From a virus, in UHGV virus genome UHGV-1334481: DNA of 57,107 bases; one strand, written 5' to 3'. The notes under the pieces are model-generated. The model was not told where the DNA came from and made no database searches. It was given only the letters and a program-made list of their open reading frames with translations. This document shows positions 47,507-56,598 of this stretch, one piece after another. The position numbers and the translations under genes were made by a program. Numbering within the stretch: position 1 is the stretch's first letter; each line of letters opens with the position of its first letter.

Positions 47507-47688
47507 GTCTGAGTAAAGAACAAAAAGATAAATTGTTTGAGCTTATCCATGAACTTCTAGATGAGCATACAGAAGCAAACACCTTTTATGATGAATACGG
47601 CCCGCTATCTCCCGATCAACAAGAAGAATTTGCTGATCGGTTTGATAAGAAAGAAAACGAATTAATAGCTTATGTGAATACGCTTTAA
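47503..47688 (+). CDS. hypothetical protein
   Basis: 61-aa acidic ORF, ATGA-coupled. Confidence 0.5.
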   Translation: MSLSKEQKDKLFELIHELLDEHTEANTFYDEYGPLSPDQQEEFADRFDKKENELIAYVNTL

Positions 47689-47697
47689 GAAGGTGAT

Positions 47698-48279
47698 ATG
47701 GCGAGTTTAATTTTTACTTACGCAGCAATGAATGCTGGAAAATCTGCTTCTCTTTTGACTGCTGCGCATAATTATAAAGAACGCGGAATGGGTGTATTAG
47801 TTCTTAAGCCTGCTATTGATACTCGTGATTCTGTCTGTGAAGTCGTTTCTCGCATTGGAATTAAGCAGGAAGCGAATATTATTACGGATGATATGGATAT
47901 TTTTGAGTTCTATAAATGGGCTGAAGCACAAAAGGATATTCATTGTGTATTTGTAGATGAAGCCCAGTTTTTAAAAACTGAACAGGTGCATCAATTAAGC
48001 CGAATTGTTGATACATATAATGTTCCTGTTATGGCTTATGGACTAAGGACTGATTTCGCTGGAAAATTATTTGAAGGTTCTAAAGAACTTTTGGCGATTG
48101 CAGATAAACTTATTGAACTAAAAGCAGTTTGTCATTGTGGTAAAAAAGCTATTATGACAGCTCGATTAATGGAAGATGGAACGCCAGTTAAAGAAGGTAA
48201 TCAAATCTGTATTGGTGATGAAATTTATGTTTCTTTGTGTAGAAAACATTGGAATGAATTAACTAAAAAGCTTGGTTAG
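47698..48279 (+). CDS. tk: thymidine kinase
   Basis: 193 aa; P-loop MNAGKSASLL, VDEAQF motif and C-terminal Cys cluster; same length as T4 Tk. Confidence 0.92.
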   Translation: MASLIFTYAAMNAGKSASLLTAAHNYKERGMGVLVLKPAIDTRDSVCEVVSRIGIKQEANIITDDMDIFEFYKWAEAQKDIHCVFVDEAQFLKTEQVHQLSRIVDTYNVPVMAYGLRTDFAGKLFEGSKELLAIADKLIELKAVCHCGKKAIMTARLMEDGTPVKEGNQICIGDEIYVSLCRKHWNELTKKLG

Positions 48280-48321
48280 TGCAAAAGTTATAAATAGGTT
48301 TATCTAACTAAAGGGGTATAT

Positions 48322-48534
48322 ATGCTACAATTAACTGAAAAGCAACTTCGCAATCTTACTGTTCTTCAATTAGATGAAATTCGTAGGGAAGTTGGAAATA
48401 TCATTTCAGCTTTGCGTCGAGAAGTATCACTCAACCAATCTCCGGCAGACTATACTAGATTGCGAAATTTTGAAAAATACCTTGATAAAGTTAAGGCCGT
48501 GCATCGGCATAAAGTAAATACAGGACAAAAATGA
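48322..48534 (+). CDS. hypothetical protein
   Basis: 70-aa ORF with RBS between tk and rI. Confidence 0.5.
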
Positions 48535-48546
48535 TAGGAGGCCTTT

Positions 48547-48840
48547 ATGGCCTTAAAAGCAACGGCACTATTTGCCATGCTAGGATTAGCATTTGCTTTG
48601 TCTCCACCGATTGAAGCGAATGTCGATCCTCATTTTGATAAATTTATGGAATCTGGTATTAGACACGTTTATATGCTTTTTGAAAATAAAAGCGTAGAAT
48701 CATCTGAACAGTTCTATAGTTTTATGCGAACGACCTATAAAAATGACCCGTGCTCTTCCGATTTTGAATGTATAGAACGAGGCGCGGAGATGGCACAATC
48801 ATACGCTAGAATTATGAACATTAAATTGGAGACTGAATGA
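48547..48840 (+). CDS. rI: lysis inhibition regulator RI (secreted antiholin)
   Basis: 97 aa with N-terminal signal-anchor MALKATALFAMLGLAFALSPPIEA; matches T4 RI in length, location next to tk and sequence (memory). Confidence 0.7.
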   Translation: MALKATALFAMLGLAFALSPPIEANVDPHFDKFMESGIRHVYMLFENKSVESSEQFYSFMRTTYKNDPCSSDFECIERGAEMAQSYARIMNIKLETE

Positions 48841-49223
48841 AATTCAGCGACTTTTCACAAAGTGGAAAACCTTCAAAGGCAGATGAATACTTAGGTTTAT
48901 TAATGGCTGCACAAGCTTATTTTCATTCTGCGCATTTTGAAACTAAAAGTTATGCTAGACACAAAGCATACGATTTTATTTTCTCTGAATTGCCAGATTT
49001 GATTGATAAATTTGGTGAGCAATATTTAGGGTATTCTGGTAGAAAATACACGCCTTCAATTCCAGATGCCAGTAAACTTCCTACCGACACAATTAAAATG
49101 ATTGATCGCATACTAGACCAATCTAACAGCATTTATAAAGAAATGCCTCCAGCCATTCAAAGCACGATAGATGATATTACTGGGATGTTTTACCAGAGCA
49201 AATATCTTCTTTCCCTCGAATAA
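48837..49223 (+). CDS. hypothetical protein (rI.1 position)
   Basis: 128-aa ORF coupled to the rI stop. Confidence 0.55.
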   Translation: MKFSDFSQSGKPSKADEYLGLLMAAQAYFHSAHFETKSYARHKAYDFIFSELPDLIDKFGEQYLGYSGRKYTPSIPDASKLPTDTIKMIDRILDQSNSIYKEMPPAIQSTIDDITGMFYQSKYLLSLE

Positions 49224-49227
49224 CATT

Positions 49228-49251
49228 AGTCTCCTTCGGGAGACTTTTTTC
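49228..49251 (+). terminator. rho-independent terminator
   Basis: agtctcc-ttcg-ggagact hairpin followed by TTTTTT. Confidence 0.7.
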
Positions 49252-49260
49252 ATTTTACCA

Positions 49261-49290
49261 GTTTACTTTCAATTTGAGCTGTGATACTAT
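49261..49290 (+). promoter_or_regulatory. T4-type early promoter
   Basis: -35 gtttac, -10 gatactat, 10 nt after the terminator hairpin. Confidence 0.55.
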
Positions 49291-49318
49291 ACAACCATCG
49301 GATAAAGAGGAGAACATC

Positions 49319-49507
49319 ATGAAAATTGAAGCACTCAATCAAGAAGGAAATATCTACGTCATCATTAATGGTGATTTTTTCGTCAACATGGATGAAGTTA
49401 CTAGTGAAGAACTTGTAGAACTTCTTAAGAAACGTTATGATATGTGTGATGAAGCTGCAACTCATATGGCGTGTGCAATATTCTCTCTTTCATATGTGGT
49501 GGAATAA
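49319..49507 (+). CDS. hypothetical protein
   Basis: Start at ATG 49319 (AAGAGGAGAA RBS); 62 aa. Confidence 0.5.
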   Translation: MKIEALNQEGNIYVIINGDFFVNMDEVTSEELVELLKKRYDMCDEAATHMACAIFSLSYVVE

Positions 49508-49710
49508 TGACTAGAATTGAACAAGCAGATAAAATTAAAGAATTGGTAGCTTTAATTCGCAAAGCAGATGAGGAACTTAGTGACTTTGCTTGGTTTTCGG
49601 CAGGCATTGCAAATAAAGGTATTGAAAAATTTGAAGCTAAAGTTGATAATGCTGTAGAAGCTTTAGATATGTTTCTTGATGAAATTATCGATCATAATAC
49701 GAGAGTTTAA
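49507..49710 (+). CDS. hypothetical protein
   Basis: Start at ATG 49507 overlapping the upstream stop; 67 aa. Confidence 0.5.
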   Translation: MTRIEQADKIKELVALIRKADEELSDFAWFSAGIANKGIEKFEAKVDNAVEALDMFLDEIIDHNTRV

Positions 49711-49712
49711 GT

Positions 49713-49907
49713 ATGCTAACACGTGAACAGTTTGAAAAAATTATTAAATTAGCACGTGATGTTGAAATAGATTCATATCAATTAGCAGTTGAGCATTGTG
49801 AAGGATACTCATACGATGGTATAGAAGCAGCTAAAAAGGATTTGGATAAATCCAAAGCTAAGTTAGTTCAATATCTTGAAATGATTAGGTGGAATAATGA
49901 AAACTGA
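49713..49907 (+). CDS. hypothetical protein
   Basis: 64-aa ORF. Confidence 0.5.
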   Translation: MLTREQFEKIIKLARDVEIDSYQLAVEHCEGYSYDGIEAAKKDLDKSKAKLVQYLEMIRWNNEN

Positions 49908-50070
49908 AAAGCAGATGTTTTTAATGAAGCTAATTGAAGAATATGCTAATGCAGTTTCTGACTATGAGTATTCTGCTCGAGAAAGAGGTACAGCTTTCGC
50001 AAAGGAAGAAATGAAAATCATGGTTGATGCTCACACAAAGCTTCAGAATTTTATTGAAAACGTCATTTAA
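49897..50070 (+). CDS. small hypothetical protein (57 aa)
   Basis: Hand-found ORF below the tool cutoff; start overlaps the upstream gene end. Confidence 0.4.
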   Translation: MKTEKQMFLMKLIEEYANAVSDYEYSARERGTAFAKEEMKIMVDAHTKLQNFIENVI

Positions 50071-50072
50071 TG

Positions 50073-50102
50073 GTTTACAAGTTGGCAAGGTTATGATATA
50101 GT
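50073..50102 (+). promoter_or_regulatory. T4-type early promoter
   Basis: -35 gtttac and -10 gatatagt. Confidence 0.5.
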
Positions 50103-50237
50103 AATCTTGTCAACTGCCAAGGAGAAGAGAATGAAAGTTTTGTTTGTTGTGTATGTGATGATTCAATATAATTATCCAATGTTTACTTATAATCTGGTGA
50201 ACAATATTATTGATATTATTCAAAGGAGTATGTAATT

Positions 50238-50537
50238 GTGAGTGAGTCGAAGAGAATCAATATGAAACGATTAGTATTAGAAGTTAGTCCGCTTTTTGGT
50301 GAATTGGCTATAGAAAAAGTAAATAACATGTATCGTTTGACACAAGAAGACGATATGCTGTATTTTATGCCTAGTGAAATCATTCATTTAACCCAAATTG
50401 AATATCCTTATACTGATAAAATAGTAAGCATCAATGATGAGCACAAAATTCATTTTTATTCTTCATGCCCAGGATTTAATATTAAAAGTGAGTCAATGTG
50501 CTTATCAATTAATAATTTAATTGGGATAATTTTATAA
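50238..50537 (+). CDS. hypothetical protein (GTG start); possibly the 5' part of a gene continuing in another frame to 50809
   Basis: 99-aa ORF with AGGAG RBS 9 nt upstream of GTG; a second frame is open for 97 codons from 50516 to 50809 with no usable start. Confidence 0.45.
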   Translation: MSESKRINMKRLVLEVSPLFGELAIEKVNNMYRLTQEDDMLYFMPSEIIHLTQIEYPYTDKIVSINDEHKIHFYSSCPGFNIKSESMCLSINNLIGIIL

Positions 50538-50815
50538 CTTACATTAAATATTTTTATTATTCTAATGAAAGAAAACATAGTTTAAAATGGCTCAAAAATT
50601 GCAATGCTATTATTACTAACGCTTGCGATCAGTGCGATCAAAATGATGAAACTGTTTTAAATGTGTCAAAATGCTATGAAGATGGAGATGTCTTAACTAT
50701 TCGTCAAATTGATGATTTTCGTTCACATATTGTCACATTTACCAAAGACGAAGCTATTGCGCTAAAGACTTATCTCGATTCTGTCATTCCAACTATGATT
50801 TCAAAGTGAGGAAAT

Positions 50816-51337
50816 ATGTTTATTTCAAGTGAAAGCGGTTTAATTCGTGTTGAATTTAAAAATGACATCTTTCTTATTCAAGGAGATGATATTATTAAAA
50901 TGAGTTATGATGAAATCAAGAAAATTTGTCATGCTCTTGAAAGTCATGGAAAAGTGAACGCTGTTATTGATATTGGCGATTTATGGGTGACACTTTATGA
51001 AGTATCCGAAGGATTTAACATTGAAGATGAAAATAACATTTTAGCTATTGATAAAAGAAGTGATTTGTTTGATGTGTTAAAAGTTTATGAACAGTCAAAC
51101 GGTGGAAGAAAAGCTGTATTGATTTATCAAAAACCACATTCATGTGGAACTGCTTCAATCATTTCAGATATTGAAGATGAAACTGATACTTATATGTGTG
51201 TTTTAAAAGCTGGTGGTGACCGTCATCCGGATTTTATTTCTATTCGTCAAAACAATGGAGAAATTTCATTATCAAAATCAGAAGCTGAAGCTATGATTAA
51301 GTATTTAACAACTGTTACACCTTCAATGAAAGGATGA
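50816..51337 (+). CDS. hypothetical protein
   Basis: 173-aa ORF with GAGGAAA RBS. Confidence 0.55.
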   Translation: MFISSESGLIRVEFKNDIFLIQGDDIIKMSYDEIKKICHALESHGKVNAVIDIGDLWVTLYEVSEGFNIEDENNILAIDKRSDLFDVLKVYEQSNGGRKAVLIYQKPHSCGTASIISDIEDETDTYMCVLKAGGDRHPDFISIRQNNGEISLSKSEAEAMIKYLTTVTPSMKG

Positions 51338-51819
51338 TTATAATTATGATTATTAATGAAAACTCTTGGCACTTTAAAATTTACTCGGCATTTAACAGCA
51401 CATGGAATCGTCCAAAAACGTTATGTGCTTATTTTTGGAAAACGTTTCTCCCGGTATTAGCGGTTTCAATTGTTGGATTTGCAACTTTAACAGGTGCTGC
51501 AATAATTGGCCAAGAAATTTTAATTAAATTCTTTGTCTTTAGTAGTCTATGGACATTAATTCCAGCTTCAATTGGTATAGGCATTTTAGCATTATCGGTC
51601 ATGGTTCTTATTGCTGTCGGGGCGGTAATTGGTCCTTCCTGGTTGTTAGACAAATATAACGACCGAAAGCTCAATAAAGAAATTGAGCTCATTGTACAAA
51701 ACGAAGAACGAATCAAAAATGGACTTGAGCCTATTCAACCCAAGAAATCTATTATCGTCGAATTTTTAAAAGCGCGTAAAGCTAAAGTATGTCCTGTTAT
51801 TGAATATAAGGCTGAATGA
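51334..51819 (+). CDS. membrane protein
   Basis: 161 aa with several hydrophobic helices; the start may instead be ATG 51346. Confidence 0.55.
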   Translation: MIIIMIINENSWHFKIYSAFNSTWNRPKTLCAYFWKTFLPVLAVSIVGFATLTGAAIIGQEILIKFFVFSSLWTLIPASIGIGILALSVMVLIAVGAVIGPSWLLDKYNDRKLNKEIELIVQNEERIKNGLEPIQPKKSIIVEFLKARKAKVCPVIEYKAE

Positions 51820-52829
51820 TGAAAACAGTAATGAAAAGCTATTTTGGTAGTCATCTTTATGGAACTTCTACTCCAGAATCTGATGTAGATTTTAAAGAAA
51901 TCTTTGTTCCTCCTGCTCGTGATATTCTTATCGGAAATGTTAAAGAGCATATGAGTAAAAACACTAACAACACATCATCTAAAAACACTAAAGATGATAT
52001 TGACCATGAACTATACAGTCTTAAGTATTTCTTTAAATTAGCAGCAGATGGTGAAACTGTAGCATTGGATATGCTCCACACTCCACCTGAACTGGTAGTT
52101 AAATCTGATTTGCCTGATGTATGGAAGTTTATTCAAGACAATCGTTCTCGTTTTTATACGACTAACATGAAATCCTACTTAGGATATGTTCGCAAGCAAG
52201 CTTCTAAATACGGTGTTAAGGGTTCTCGTTTGGCCGCATTACGTGATGTATTGAAAGTAGTTAATCAAATCCCTGAGCAATGGGTTGATTACCAAGAAGA
52301 CGGTTCCATTAAGCAGCGTCGAACTAAAGTTGAAGATATTAAGCATCGTCTTCCAGAGAACGAATTCTGTGAATGGGTATTCCATAATCATGAGAAAACA
52401 GGCCCACAAACGTTCTACACTGTGTTGGGTCGTAAATATCAAACAACACTTTCTCTTATTGAGCTTAAGCAATCTTTGAATAAACTTGATGCTGAATACG
52501 GCGAACGTGCTCGTAAGGCTGAAGCGAATGAGGGCATTGACTGGAAAGCTCTGAGTCATGCTTGCCGTGGTGGACTCCAACTATTGGAAATTTACAAAAC
52601 TGGTGACTTAGTCTATCCACTTCAAGACGCTCCATTTATTCTCGACGTGAAGTTGGGTAAACATCCATTTAAAACTGTTCAAGAGTTTTTGGAAGATGTG
52701 GTCGATCAAGTAGAAGCAGCATCCATTGAAGCTTCTAAGAACGGTATACAGCAAAAAGTAGACATGTGTTTTTGGGATGACTTCCTTGAGAGGGTTTATC
52801 TTGAAAACCATCGAAGTTATTATAAATGA
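51816..52829 (+). CDS. nucleotidyltransferase-fold protein (Pol-beta-like NTase motif)
   Basis: 337 aa; N-terminal GS...(10 residues)...DVD motif (YFGSHLYGTSTPESDVDF) typical of minimal nucleotidyltransferases; by eye only. Confidence 0.55.
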   Translation: MMKTVMKSYFGSHLYGTSTPESDVDFKEIFVPPARDILIGNVKEHMSKNTNNTSSKNTKDDIDHELYSLKYFFKLAADGETVALDMLHTPPELVVKSDLPDVWKFIQDNRSRFYTTNMKSYLGYVRKQASKYGVKGSRLAALRDVLKVVNQIPEQWVDYQEDGSIKQRRTKVEDIKHRLPENEFCEWVFHNHEKTGPQTFYTVLGRKYQTTLSLIELKQSLNKLDAEYGERARKAEANEGIDWKALSHACRGGLQLLEIYKTGDLVYPLQDAPFILDVKLGKHPFKTVQEFLEDVVDQVEAASIEASKNGIQQKVDMCFWDDFLERVYLENHRSYYK

Positions 52830-52831
52830 TA

Positions 52832-52856
52832 GGGAGCCTTCGGGTTCCCTTTTTTA
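52832..52856 (+). terminator. rho-independent terminator
   Basis: gggagcc-ttcg-ggttccc hairpin followed by TTTTTT. Confidence 0.7.
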
Positions 52857-52944
52857 TTTCAAAATTTTTTCACAAAACGGTTTACAAGCATTAGTGTCCC
52901 GCTCGGTTTATTTGGATTTGGGTGTTCACACTAATGAAGAAATT

Positions 52945-53157
52945 ATGGTCAGGGTTGAAGATGTTATTCTTTCAACTGACATGATGCAAAAGCGTGGTCT
53001 TTCTGATGAAGAAACTTATAAAGCATTATCATGGATGAAAGTTAATGTTAATCGTTTACGCAATGTTTCACTGCGTACTGCTCTTTATCTTGCTGACTTT
53101 ATTATGACCGACAAAAACGGTTGGGAAGAAATCGCTGAGGTTACTCTTCTGAAATAA
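52945..53157 (+). CDS. hypothetical protein (start uncertain)
   Basis: Tool ORF 52777-53157 spans the terminator and promoter; first plausible ATG downstream of them is 52945; RBS weak. Confidence 0.35.
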   Translation: MVRVEDVILSTDMMQKRGLSDEETYKALSWMKVNVNRLRNVSLRTALYLADFIMTDKNGWEEIAEVTLLK

Positions 53158-53258
53158 TTCATAAGAGGACTTCTATGACAAAAAGGCAGTTCAGAAATAG
53201 ATTATATGGACTGCCATTAAAAAGATGACTAGAATTAAACTGGTGAATGGAGGTAGTG

Positions 53259-53561
53259 ATGTTATACTCAAAGGCTCGTGAAATTTACGAAACTAAAATT
53301 AAAGAAGCAGTATTTCAGTTCGCAACGACAATGCGATGGACAAATGACTGGGAGTATTCAAAAAATCATAAGAAGCCCATGGTGACAAGAAAGGCTCATA
53401 TGTTAGTGTTAATAGACCGTGAGCAGATTAAAGCCCGAGAAGCCCTCCAGAATCACAAAAAGGCTGCCTTTGAATGGTTTATGGATAACACTGCTCCTGA
53501 GACCAAGAAAGCGGTAAGTGCATGGTTCAGTGGAAAAAATTGTGAAAGAAGTTTCTTTTAG
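53259..53561 (+). CDS. hypothetical protein
   Basis: Start at ATG 53259 with GGAGG RBS (the tool's ATG 53247 lies inside the RBS); 100 aa. Confidence 0.5.
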   Translation: MLYSKAREIYETKIKEAVFQFATTMRWTNDWEYSKNHKKPMVTRKAHMLVLIDREQIKAREALQNHKKAAFEWFMDNTAPETKKAVSAWFSGKNCERSFF

Positions 53562-53563
53562 TG

Positions 53564-53593
53564 GTTTACAAGACTGTTCCTCTGTGGTATTAT
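53564..53593 (+). promoter_or_regulatory. T4-type early promoter
   Basis: -35 gtttac, -10 tattat; leader ttaccctatcaactac is identical to the one at 33250-33265. Confidence 0.5.
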
Positions 53594-53621
53594 TACCCTA
53601 TCAACTACGGAGGAACAGAAA

Positions 53622-54149
53622 ATGAACGCTAAAGATATTTTCAACTTAGTAAATTATAACGATGGTAAATTTAAATCTGAAGCACAAAGCAAGTTCTTTA
53701 ATGACATCTCAATCGGAGGTGAAATCACTGTTGATGGAGGACAAATTTACAAATCACGTTGGAATTGGATTGTTATTATTGATGAGATCGGTATTGTAGA
53801 AATTTACAAAAATACGAATAAAAATCGTACATTACACTGGTCTCGTGATACTAACAAACAGTACAAAAAGGATAAAGCATCTAAATTATCTCGTGTAACT
53901 CAAGAAGATATTGAGTTCATCAAGAAAGATATTTTAATGTATGATAACTTAATTGCTGAAGAGCAAGCTGTTATTGATAAATTTGACGAGATTAAAGCTT
54001 CTCGTGAAATTCCTGATTTTATGAAAGAATCGGTAAATGAACGATACACTCTCATTTCAGAGCGTATTGAAACTTACAAAAAGCAAAGAGCTGAACGCCA
54101 AAATACTCTTCGGAAGTTTGAAGAACGGTTAAAGACGGTACTCGCATAA
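53622..54149 (+). CDS. hypothetical protein
   Basis: 175-aa ORF with GGAGGA RBS. Confidence 0.55.
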   Translation: MNAKDIFNLVNYNDGKFKSEAQSKFFNDISIGGEITVDGGQIYKSRWNWIVIIDEIGIVEIYKNTNKNRTLHWSRDTNKQYKKDKASKLSRVTQEDIEFIKKDILMYDNLIAEEQAVIDKFDEIKASREIPDFMKESVNERYTLISERIETYKKQRAERQNTLRKFEERLKTVLA

Positions 54150-54204
54150 CCGCTTTATACCAAGGATGGTATAATGGTTCTAAGCCCTTTTAATTGAGAT
54201 TATT

Positions 54205-54612
54205 ATGAAACAGTTGATAATTAAAAGATTGAATTTATTGATATGTTGTTTATGTGTAGTAGTTGCATATGGTTATTACGCAATTAATGATTATATGCAT
54301 TATAAAGATTATGATGTTACTGTAGTTAATACCCTTACAGGAACTCAAGGAAAGGGGTCTAGTTTATCGTTTATTGCCGTATATGAACTCAAAGACGGTT
54401 ATAGATTTAGTGAATATATTTCCCCAGAGATGTATTCTTCAATAGAAAAAGGTGATAATATTACTGTAAGTTTACGTCCTTTCGACGTAAAACAGACATG
54501 GTTTGATAATATTGTTTGGTTCTTTGGAATGGTATTAGTTCAATCTGTGTGTGGTGCTTATATAGTCTTTTCCATCATATTCTGTGTATTTAGTAAAATT
54601 GAAATTGAGTGA
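54205..54612 (+). CDS. membrane protein
   Basis: 135 aa with N- and C-terminal hydrophobic segments. Confidence 0.55.
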   Translation: MKQLIIKRLNLLICCLCVVVAYGYYAINDYMHYKDYDVTVVNTLTGTQGKGSSLSFIAVYELKDGYRFSEYISPEMYSSIEKGDNITVSLRPFDVKQTWFDNIVWFFGMVLVQSVCGAYIVFSIIFCVFSKIEIE

Positions 54613-54619
54613 GGAAAAT

Positions 54620-55510
54620 ATGTCAGTAGTAATTAATAATGTCAATGCAGTAATTAAATCTTTAGTTAATAAAAAAATGATGAATGAATGGACTGTATTT
54701 CGCAGTGCAGAGCCAGATAAATTTTTTCATAGATTTAACTCAACTTTGGATTTGAATGTTATCGACAGAGATGTTCATGCAGAAATTTTAGATAAGTTTA
54801 AAGTTGATATTGGATTTGGATTAGAAAAACATTTGCAGCGAATAAACGGATCTGGAATGAGTTTATCTAATCGCATTATGAAAGCCCTTAATAAAATTGG
54901 AGCATTGTCTCGTATTAACGCGAATGAAATCCTTCGTAATTATAATAAAGGATATGACCTTTATGGTCGACTAATGCCAAAATTATCATTCGATCAAATG
55001 ATTGCGGATTTGTGGGAAAATCAAAGACGATTATTAGCATTAGGCGCTCGATTAGCTAAAGGTCTAGATAAACAAATGATTTTTAAGACCAATAATACAG
55101 AAGACCTTAAATGCTTTAAATTTAGTATTCGTGGCGATGATTATTATATCAGAGCTCGCTCTACAGATTATGTCAATATGGGGCATCATCTCTGTTTAGC
55201 TTTTGAAGTTTTAAAAGAAGCTGGAACATTAGAATATTCATCTGGTGCAAAATGCCCTATTGGTTCAAGTTGTATTTTAATTTATCGCCCGGATGAATCC
55301 AGTTCAACTACATTGCCTACGAAACCTGTACCAGTTCGTAGTAACGAAAAACATTCTGAACAAATTGATTATTTTAATAAGCAAATTGAAGAGCTGAATA
55401 TTTCTATTCAACAATATGATGATGAAATTTTCAGACTATCTGGACTGAGTAGTAAAGCTAAATCTGAGCGTGAAAAGTTAATTAAAATTGTCGATTTACT
55501 TAAATCTTAA
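54620..55510 (+). CDS. hypothetical protein
   Basis: Start at ATG 54620 (GAGGAAAA RBS); 296 aa. Confidence 0.55.
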   Translation: MSVVINNVNAVIKSLVNKKMMNEWTVFRSAEPDKFFHRFNSTLDLNVIDRDVHAEILDKFKVDIGFGLEKHLQRINGSGMSLSNRIMKALNKIGALSRINANEILRNYNKGYDLYGRLMPKLSFDQMIADLWENQRRLLALGARLAKGLDKQMIFKTNNTEDLKCFKFSIRGDDYYIRARSTDYVNMGHHLCLAFEVLKEAGTLEYSSGAKCPIGSSCILIYRPDESSSTTLPTKPVPVRSNEKHSEQIDYFNKQIEELNISIQQYDDEIFRLSGLSSKAKSEREKLIKIVDLLKS

Positions 55511-55518
55511 GGAACACC

Positions 55519-56541
55519 ATGAAAACTCGTTCTCAAATTGAAGATATGGTTCGTAATGCCAGCTATACTCGTGATGCTATGACGTTTTTGTGTGAAAATA
55601 ATTTAGACCTTGGTAAAGTTAATTGTTCCATTCATGCCTTTAAACATCTGAACAGCAGTGAATGGGTGCGCAATTTTAACCAAGCAGGATATATTACACA
55701 AATGACTGCTCGTGAGCAGCTCACTGATTTCTGTAAAACTATTGATTATAAAAATCCTCTATTTGTTCAAGGCGTTGGTCAAAGTAAGGTCGATTTATCA
55801 TCTGGATTTTTCAATCCAAATCATTATCGTATTGAATGGAGATTTATTGCTCTGTTCCGTAGACAATTAAAGCAAATTTTATCAACTGCGAGTCGATTAA
55901 AAGGTTCTGATATTAACTTAAAGAATCTGAAATTTGATGGTTATACTCTTCAGATGGAAGTAAGACCATTAAAAGAAAATAATAGAACTGCACGAATTAG
56001 CTTTAAACCTAATACAAAAAATTCTCTTTCAATTTGCGAATGCCTTAAATCGCAGTTGACAGAAGCATTTAAGTATATGGATGTTGTTGCCGCTGTTCAG
56101 TCTAAGATTTTACCTCATTTTGAGCGAAATTGGGAACATACAACAACGTATGAACTTGATATGATCGTTTCATTTAAATACGATTTTTTGAGAAAGGACG
56201 AAGTCCCACAAGAGAAAAAGCAGGAAGTGCAAGATAACTTAAATTTATCCAATTACTCATCAAACGATCCTAAATTTTGGATGTATAGTTCAAGTAATAA
56301 AGATGCATGGAAATTCAATAAAGCGAATTTTCTTCCTGTTGAAAATCCGAGTCTTAAACCTGTTGAAAAATGGCATGCGGATGCGATTGAGAAGTCTATC
56401 AAGGCAGTAGATGATGAACTCGTTAAAGCAACTAATGAAGTGTTAGAAGCTGAAAAGATGCTAGAAAAAGCTCAAGAAAAAGTCAAAAATCTTACGAAGC
56501 AACGTTCTAAACTGAACAATGCACTAAATGCACTAAACTAG
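55519..56541 (+). CDS. hypothetical protein (C-terminal coiled coil)
   Basis: 340-aa ORF with AGGAA RBS. Confidence 0.55.
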   Translation: MKTRSQIEDMVRNASYTRDAMTFLCENNLDLGKVNCSIHAFKHLNSSEWVRNFNQAGYITQMTAREQLTDFCKTIDYKNPLFVQGVGQSKVDLSSGFFNPNHYRIEWRFIALFRRQLKQILSTASRLKGSDINLKNLKFDGYTLQMEVRPLKENNRTARISFKPNTKNSLSICECLKSQLTEAFKYMDVVAAVQSKILPHFERNWEHTTTYELDMIVSFKYDFLRKDEVPQEKKQEVQDNLNLSNYSSNDPKFWMYSSSNKDAWKFNKANFLPVENPSLKPVEKWHADAIEKSIKAVDDELVKATNEVLEAEKMLEKAQEKVKNLTKQRSKLNNALNALN

Positions 56542-56570
56542 TTTACTTTGCCACAAGGATGTGGTATAAT
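56541..56570 (+). promoter_or_regulatory. T4-type early promoter
   Basis: -35 gtttac, -10 tataat, followed by GAGGAG RBS. Confidence 0.55.
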
Positions 56571-56598
56571 GTTCTTACTTTCTACTGAGGAGATTAAT

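Noticed and set aside
52821-52829. tataaatga resembling a late promoter
   Set aside because: It is TATAAATG rather than TATAAATA and coincides with the stop codon of the 337-aa ORF; probably chance
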